A DNA stretch of 64,000 nt, taken from the NCBI GenBank assembly GCA_012295275.1, contig CM022673.1:12028001-12092000 (forward strand). Reading direction: 5' to 3'. Source of the DNA: Chrysomallon squamiferum. Its lineage: Eukaryota > Animalia > Mollusca. The position numbers and the translations under genes are program-made. Shown here piece by piece: positions 23,108 to 64,000 of the stretch; the first letter of the stretch is position 1, and each line of letters starts with the position of its first letter. The notes beneath the pieces are model-generated. The model had not been told where the DNA came from. It did no database searches and saw only the letters and a program-made list of their open reading frames with translations.

Positions 23108-25886
23108 GTATTTATTTATTTATTATTAATTTTAAATTTTTACCCTCAGTTTGGGTCATATCCATTGTCATTCGACTTTATGCCAAACCATATCATCGAG
23201 GTTTTTTCTGCAATGATGAGAGTCTTATGCATCCGTTCAAAGATTCTTCAGTTTCTTCAACTGTGATGTATGGAGTTGGTTTCCTTTTGCCTTGTTTTAC
23301 TGTAAGTGCCACATTATTTTATTATTTTTAATATTTTTTATTTTATAGAAATCTAAAGAAGAGTAATTACATTTTGCAAATGCCTGCTTTAATGGTACAT
23401 ATATTTTCTATTTATTTTTTTCAACCAACCTATGAAAATTATTTTTATTTATATTGAAATTCCAGATATAATTATTATTAGAGAATGTAATATTAAATAA
23501 ATATCTTTTTGTTGTCTTTTCAAACATTATTCATTAATAACTTATTAATAACAAAAATTCAATGTGAAGTTACTACTATGTAGCATATTCTTTTTTTGAA
23601 AACAAATAATCAGCTTTGATAATTAAATATTTAGTTAAAAATCTCTTCTAAAAGTTAATGTCAACAAACACTTTTGTTAATTCTGACAACTGTTTTAAAA
23701 CTAGCCACTGGAATTATTAATTTATCCTCAATTCTTTCAGATTATTTTATGCGAATGCATAACAATGTTTGTCAGCCACAAGAAACATTCCAAGAAAAGA
23801 AAATTCCTTGTAGAAATTTTAGTTAAGGATTTTTTTAAACCTCTGGTGGCATTCTTTTTTGGAGCAGGCATCACCAACCTGACCACAAATATTTGTAAAT
23901 ACAGCATTGGTCGTTTGAGACCTCATTATTTTGCTGTCTGCAAACCTGACTGGGATATTGTTAATTGTTCTACTCGAGGCATCCCAAATTACGTGACATC
24001 TGACAGTATTTGTACAGGAAATGATAAAAGCTTAATAACAGAAGCAAGGTTTGTTTAAAATTTGTATTTATTTGTGTGTGTGTGTGAGAGAGAGAGAACA
24101 AACTTACACTGTAAACTGATTGGTAGATATGGATTAATATTTTAAGAAAAATATTGCATCTATTCATTTTTAAAAGATTTATATGCATATTAATGAAACT
24201 AATTTACTTATACATTTGAAGTATATTTTGTACTATCTGAAATCTGCTTCTTCTACATAATTTATCTATAATTCAAAAATTTTAATGATGTCCACTAAAA
24301 CCTTAAAGCTGTAATTTTTTGGTTTCTTCCACATTAATTATGCTGTTAGTTTATATTATGATATTGCGAAACTACAGTACTTCTTATAGGGCATACTTTA
24401 TTTTTTACATGTCTCAAAACTGAGTTAAACATCCCATTATCTGCAAATTACTTAATATTTTCAAAAAAAAAAAAAATATTTCTTCAGAATCTGTTTTATT
24501 GTTTTTGTTTCAGAGTGTCTTTTCTCTCAGGACACACATCAATGTCCATGTACTTTATGATTTTTCTTGTGGTATGTAAAGATGGATGGACATATAGATC
24601 TAGTCAAAAAATGATAAATAATGGACATGGTTTAGTAACTGTTGATCAATATGCCAGTCTTCATAGCTATATTTATTTTTTTTTATTATTATTTTTTTTT
24701 CTTACTATTTGTATGGATGTAGTTTAAATTTTTGTATGGTTTATTTTATGTTATGTTGTTTCTATATTTTGTCATCATTATAATAAAATTCCACTGTTCA
24801 CATTACTAACTAAATAATGTTTCTTTTCTTGTAGGAGTGAATCATTAAAATAAGTAAAACATAATAAAAATGTATTTATGATGAATTTTATCTGTTTAGA
24901 AAAATCTTTATTGTTAGAGATCTGTATCAATATAATTTTTATTTATAACTAAATTATATCTATCTAAATATATCTGTATCTATCTATCCATATACATACA
25001 TAATTAGATGTATATATATAAAAATTGATCTATTTTCTTTTCATCAGATCTACATACAGCGAAGATTTAAATGGCAAAGCCTCCTGCTTCTGAAGCCAAC
25101 TCTTCAGACCACTTTTTTCTGTCTTGCCTTGTACACTGGCCTGTCCAGAATCTCAGACTACAAACACCACTGGAGTGATGTGCTGGCTGGGGCCCTGCTT
25201 GGTACCACTGTGGCTGTATTTACAGTAAGTTAAAACAATGTGGCATGGTTAATTAGCTTGTATGAGGAATTCCAGGTTCCAGGATCTATCCTCGTTCTGT
25301 CCATTTCTATTTACATGACTGTTTTCTGAGATCATGTTTTCTGCTTTCCTGTTTAAATGTTTTTTTTAAATATTGTAGCATTTTTCAGTAGGTAATTTTT
25401 GAGCATGAGCTTTTGTTTCACAGATATGTAAAATATATTTTGAAATGTGAACAAAAATGGCACATATTGATAAACAGTGAGAATTTTATTATTATTTTAA
25501 TTAATATTGTTAATTTTTTAATACAGAACATAAACATAATTTAAAGTACTAAAATTAATTTATATTGTTAATTTAAATATAAAAATTTAATATATTATTA
25601 AAAACATTTTCCCCCAAAAAATTTAATCCATACTTTTTCTTCTTCTAACTTTATATTTATTATCTTTTAATTTTGAGTAATTTATATTTATATTTATATA
25701 TAATTTTTTTATTTTTTCATGAAGGTTTTCAAAGTAAGTGGACTGTATTCAAAGAAGGTAAACAAGATAGAGTTTTCAACACATGATGACATATACATCT
25801 GTGATAAAACCAGGGAATCTTCACTGCACGGTTCAAACCCCACGACAGACCACCTTGAAGATATTGCAGCTGTGGAACAGTGTTGA
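22467..25886 (+). CDS. PLPP: Phospholipid phosphatase (lipid phosphate phosphohydrolase, PAP2 family; PLPP1-3/wunen-like), 308 aa, 6 exons
   Basis: Exons 22467-22536, 23150-23301, 23741-24048, 24514-24571, 25048-25224, 25725-25886; 927 nt in frame. Motifs PYHRGFFCNDESLMHP, C1 KYSIGRLRP, C2 RVSFLSGH and C3 SRISDYKHHWSDV, with multiple hydrophobic segments. The specific vertebrate paralogue cannot be assigned. Confidence 0.94.
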
Positions 25887-27115
25887 TTCCATCCAGTCCC
25901 AGATTTTTGTAAATCTTTTTATTCCTTCAGTTTCAGTTTCTTTTACAATCACGACTATTTATTTATAAAACAAATTTATTTATGGTAAACTTGTTGTAAT
26001 CACAGTTTCTGTAATTATTATGATAATTATTTACAAGATTATTTTTGTATTTATTTTAAAGCTCTAACTGAAAAGTGGCATTATGATTTCGTTACATCGT
26101 TCAGAATTATGATTATCGTTACAAATCTGGATTCATCTAAGAAAAATATTTTGCACAAAGTTGACGTTAACATATTGATGAAAAATCTAGATAAAACAGG
26201 ATTTTGTTTTTTAAATTGAAATGCAGACATTTAATATATTAACTATTTTTATATTCAGATAATTATAACATAATTTTTATAATCATGGTTATTTAAAAAT
26301 GGTTATGATTATTAATTGTTCTTCAGGTAAGATTATCTAAGAAAAGTAATGATTATTTTAAGTTATCAATAATGTCATTAACCTGGGTGAAATTTGAAAA
26401 TCAGTGTCATACATTATATTTTAATATAAACTTTTTTTTTACATTTTCTATTCACTTAGCTGGTTGAATTTTAAGGAACAGTGATGTATATCATAAAAAA
26501 TTTTAATCTGTTAATGACTTTGTTTTAGTATCATTTATTTAAACTAATATGGATCAGGTTTCTTTTTCACTCATTAATACAGGTGCATCAACTGAACATG
26601 AAAGTTACCTTTTTAAGCATACATATACTATTTCATATATAAATAAAAACACTTAGACTTGAAGCAATAAGAAATAAAACTGGCATGAAAAACAGTCAGA
26701 GGAATATAAAATTCTTCAGACTGTTCTATTATTTTAATTCTGCATCATTCCTATTATTTAATGTTCTTATTGATATTTTTCAATTTCATTAAGCTGTTAC
26801 ATATGTTTATGTGCTCAAATTCATCCCACAAAATTATATATTTGTACTTATATTGACTCTTTGTGTGATTAATACAAGCATATTATGTGCTACAAATCTA
26901 CAAAAACTGAAAAAACAAAAATCAAAATATGCTAAATTCATTTTTTCACGTTTTATGGAGTCTGTGAAAGAAACTAGAGGCTTTTTATATATAACTAATA
27001 CAAAACTGAGAGGGTACAATCAGAATTTATTTATTTATTTATTATTATTATTATTACTGTTGTTGTTGTTATTGTTGTTAATATTATAATTATCATCATT
27101 GTCATGATTATCATG

Positions 27116-27187
<72 letters not shown>

Positions 27188-28394
27188 TTTTCAAATAGGA
27201 AACAAAAATGATAAGTTGGCCTAAGTTGATTATGGACTAGGCTAAATTAAAAAAAATATATAGTTAATGTTTATCTTTGTGAAGCTGTAATTTATACAGT
27301 GCAGTTGAAATGGCTTATTTTTAAATTGTTATTTATGTAAATTATATTGTAAGATGGTTTTAAAATACACACTTATTTTATATTGTACATTCTTAATTTT
27401 AAAATTTAATTATATATAAAATATTTTATATGTAAAAAACCCAAACATTTATTGGTCATTTTAATGTAATATATTAATGAACATATTTTTTGCTTAAAAA
27501 AATTAGATTATATTTGTGTGCACGTGTGTGCATATGTCTGTGTTTCTGTCCATACATGTGATATCTGTATTATTAAGACCATGACATACTTTATTCTGAA
27601 TCTGAATCAGTGTTTACATGTGAAGTATTTGTTTGAACTGTAGTTAATTAGGACAGATCTATTTTATCTTGGTCTGTTTGTTATAAACCAACTTGTTAGC
27701 ATTTTCTTTAGATCTCAGACTTTTTAAAATTACGTTTTGAACCTTTTTTAATTATTGGACATTTTTTTCAATTAGCCTTGAACATTAAATAAATATTTAG
27801 AGAATATTAAATTAAAATTATAACTTTTTCAAGTAAATTGTATTTAGAATTTTTTATATCATTTAGAGCATTTTAAAATCTTTTTGATGAATATTTAAAT
27901 ATGTCTAAGTTTAATGAGATAATAATTTTAAAATTTTTCTAATTCTGTTGGTGTGAAATAATGACTGATATTTTTGTTTCAAATGTTTTATTAGAATTAC
28001 ATGCCACGGCTGAACTGATAAAATTTAAAAATGTTTTACAAGATGGGGAAAAGTTTCTTTCATCTTTTAGGCCTAAAAAAAAAATGGGTCTGTTCTAAAA
28101 CATTATGTGAAATAGTTAATATTTTTTAACATACACCCACAATTTTATTTTATTATATACTGCCGGTAATGTTTCATGTCGAAAGTTCCATTGAACACTG
28201 ATGTGTACAAAATATCACACTAGCTCACATAAGAGTTTATTTTATTATTATTATTACCAGTTTTATAATGCCCATATTCTTTGATTTATATTTATGTCAA
28301 TAAATGTATAATCTTATTCTGTGTTTGTTTTGCTGTGAAATAAATAAAAAATAATAAATAAAAAAAATAAAAAATGTGTCCTATCCAAGATATA

Positions 28395-29059
28395 CAGTGG
28401 TCCCTTGACTTACAAGTTTAATTTGTTCCCCCCAAAACCACCCCATTTTTTTTGTACTTTTTTTTGTAATTTGTTATTAAATAAAAATGTATTTATAAAT
28501 GACAAATATTGTATAAAATCAAAGTAAAAGAGAAAGTAAAGAAATAAATTGGTTTTGTAAAGTGTATTTATCTTGGAGATTAGACAAATAATTTTAATGC
28601 CTTTGGCTAGTGTTATAGCCTTTATTGACTCCTCATGGTTCAGTATGGTACATATGTAGAAGTACTACGCTTGTACTGCATAGCCAGGTTGACTACATGC
28701 ACACATCACTCATGTTTTTCTATGAATTTAGGCTTTAATTCAATGGCCATCATCTGCTTCTTATTCTCATCACTGTCCTTTGCACTCACTTTCTTAGGAT
28801 CCATGGCCAGAAAAAAGACATTTGGTAAACAACTACACAAAATCACAAGCACAACACAACAGATGCTTCCGCAGTGAGGTGTGAACTAAACAAGTGAGAC
28901 ACAGGATGCTGGGCAGATGTTGTGTTGTTTGTTGTGCCATCTAGTGGTGGCATATCTGAAGCTTGCTCATAACTTGGATTTTGGCTCACACCTCAACCAA
29001 TAAATTGACCCAGTGAATGCTTGTAAACTCACAAAAACTCTTAAGTTGAGGTATCACTG
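28395..29059 (-). mobile_element. Non-autonomous Tigger/pogo DNA transposon, copy 2 (inverted relative to copy 1)
   Basis: TA-cagtggtcccttgacttac ... cttaagttgaggtatcactg-TA. The reverse complement aligns with copy 1, including the transposase remnant (MDPKKVSAKDSDENKKQMMAIELKPKFIEKHE) and the same truncation point near atctccaagataaatac. Confidence 0.85.
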
Positions 29060-29440
29060 TAAATATATATATATATGGTTTAAAGAAAATATAATTTACA
29101 TTGTTAATTTAAAAATAAAAAATTCAATATATTTTTAAGCAATGACTACTATTTATATATAACTATCAATATAAAGCAGAATTTTCTAATAAAACATTAG
29201 GATTAAAATTAAGTAAATACACATTTTATAATAAAGATAGGTGTTTGGTAAACTTAGTAACATAATGAACTAAATGTACTATGTCTTCTTTTCTTCAAAA
29301 TAATTATTTATTCTAATAAAATATCAAGTCAGTAGCTAGTTAAACTAAATATTTTATTTGTTTTAGGAATTCTGTAAATTATGGGATTTGAATAAATTTC
29401 AACCATTGACCACTTTGCCCACAACAAATGTGTCTAATGG

Positions 29441-29475
<35 letters not shown>

Positions 29476-29493
29476 TTTTTTATTATTATTATG

Positions 29494-29550
<57 letters not shown>

Positions 29551-29599
29551 TGATATTTAGTTTTATTAATTTATTTGTGGGTTTACTTTTTTAAAGTAT

Positions 29600-29630
<31 letters not shown>

Positions 29631-29756
29631 TTCATTCATTCATTTATTATTTTTATATATTTGTTGTTTTTGTTTATTTTTTTAATTATCAATGCTGGTT
29701 ATTTCTTTGCAGGATAAAGCTGAAATCTTAGGACAGTAAGAAATTATTCATATGCA

Positions 29757-29794
<38 letters not shown>

Positions 29795-30216
29795 TGTATA
29801 TATGATGTTTACTATCGCAACAACAATAATAATAGATAGAAAATACAACAGTAATAGTTATAAAGGAATCAGTGTGATAACTGTAGTAATAGATTTAATA
29901 AAAGCATTAATAATGTTACTTCATAAACAATAACCAAGTCACAATTACATACTTCTTCATTGACAGTGTTTATAAATTTCTAATGATTTTAACAGATTTA
30001 TATGATTACAAGTACATGACCTAAAATGGTGAATGCTTGAAAACCTTACCATTCCTTATTATTCTCAGAAATTGGAGAACTCCACCGATCATTACCTCAC
30101 GTTCGGGGGTGTCACCTCTGATCACAATTCCCAACAGACTGAGTCTTCCTTTACCAACATATTGGCTAGGTCAAATAAACCATCTGCACTGAGTCATAAT
30201 AATAATGATAATAATG

Positions 30217-30259
<43 letters not shown>

Positions 30260-30335
30260 CTAATTACTTGAAATAATAATAAATAACGGTAAATTACTAA
30301 GGCTTTAAATTACTGAATATAAAAAATTATTATTA

Positions 30336-30375
<40 letters not shown>

Positions 30376-31242
30376 CAATTTATTAATTTTTTTCATGAAT
30401 TTTGTAAAAATATATGTATGTATGTCTGATAAAAAGAAAATAATTCTTGATCCTGAAATTTCTGAAAACTTGCATTTTTGTTGATCGTTTTGCAAAAGAA
30501 ATATCAAAAGATTTGTTTTAAATTGTATAATTGTGACAAACCATTCTCGTTCATATAATAATAATATCCTGCAGCTACATATTCCTAATTTTTACATGAC
30601 TTCAAACTTAACTGAGTTAATACATAAATTAATTAATTAATTAATTAATTAAAATTAAATATTCAGTTTTTTCTCATGCTATTTAGTATTTAGTTACTGG
30701 GTGATTGTTTGGATTTTTTATTAGTAATTTCTGTGAAAATATTTTTAACATTTTATTACTTTATTTATTCGTTCATTCATTAATTTAGTAGTAGTAGTAG
30801 TAATAGTAGTAGTAGTAGTAGCAGTAGTAGTAGTAGTAGTAATTTTTATATTTTTAAATATCGTATCAGGGTTATTGCTAAGATAATTATAATTTTATTA
30901 ATGAGTTGGAGTTACGTCCTCCTGATAAGAGGCGCTCAGTCATGTTATCGGTAATTTCCGTTGGTTGACGGACTTCATTGTAAATAGTTCATCAAAAATA
31001 AGCGCCAGTGATTTTTTTTTCTTCTTTTGACTGCTGCAAATATTGCTCGAAGATATGGATTTATGTCATACTCAGATATGATTCGTTTTAAATGGATTGC
31101 CCATTCATACGCCAAGTGGCAGATTAAAAACTGAATTTAAAATGTAATAATTAGAGCTGCAATATTTTGACAACCACCTTACGGCCTACGATAAAAAGGG
31201 ACGGCGTGTGACTGAAAGCCCAATTTTTGAAACTGAAGGATC

Positions 31243-63799
<32,557 letters not shown>

Positions 63800-63906
63800 G
63801 TCAGTATCAGAGGAGAACAGTCTAAGTAAAGCTTGCATGTTGAGATCCTTATGTGCTTAGTCCTGTGTCTTTCAAATTGTTTTTGAATGGAAGGATTAAA
63901 TTATTT

Positions 63907-63990
63907 AAAAGTCATTCAGCTCCAGAAGAAGAAGATTAAAGAAACTGAGTTGGAATGGGATAAAGTTTTGACAGATCAGAGGGGGAAATC
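63907..63990 (+). pseudogene. Intronic decayed duplicate of the 3' part of KIF21 exon 16
   Basis: aaaagtcattcagctccagaagaagaagattaaagaaactgagttggaatgggataaagttttg matches 63729-63789 with a 3-nt insertion and several substitutions. Confidence 0.85.
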
Positions 63991-64000
63991 AAATAAAGTC

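Noticed and set aside
24514-24571. PLPP catalytic motif C2 reading LSGH rather than PSGH, suggesting inactivity
   Set aside because: Animal PLPPs vary at this position (for example YSGH), and the catalytic K/R, H and SRxxxxxHxxxD residues are all intact.

Overview
AT-rich, microsatellite-dense animal genomic DNA with spliceosomal introns. It is probably an invertebrate, and degenerate SINE fragments suggest a mollusc, but that is tentative. Most ORFs in the supplied track are microsatellite artefacts. Manual splicing, with exon phases checked at every junction, gives five protein-coding genes: (1) an unrecognised 10-exon gene (+, 1652-8376, 299 aa) for a signal-peptide-bearing, probably GPI-anchored protein made of four tandem Cys-rich modules whose spacing resembles the RGM N-terminal and neuritin helical domains; (2) sialate O-acetylesterase SIAE (-, 9 exons); (3) mitochondrial single-stranded DNA-binding protein SSBP1 (-, 6 coding exons, absent from the ORF track); (4) a PAP2-family phospholipid phosphatase (+, 6 exons) head-to-head with SSBP1; (5) the first 16 coding exons of a KIF21-type kinesin-4 (+, from 31243, running off the window end). 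Also present are two copies of a non-autonomous Tigger element with opposite CpG histories, a tRNA-derived SINE, a cluster of four perfect CRE palindromes, a 15-bp-periodic CpG-rich block, several minisatellites, and local duplications seeded at KIF21 splice junctions. All calls come from reading the sequence by eye; no searches were run.
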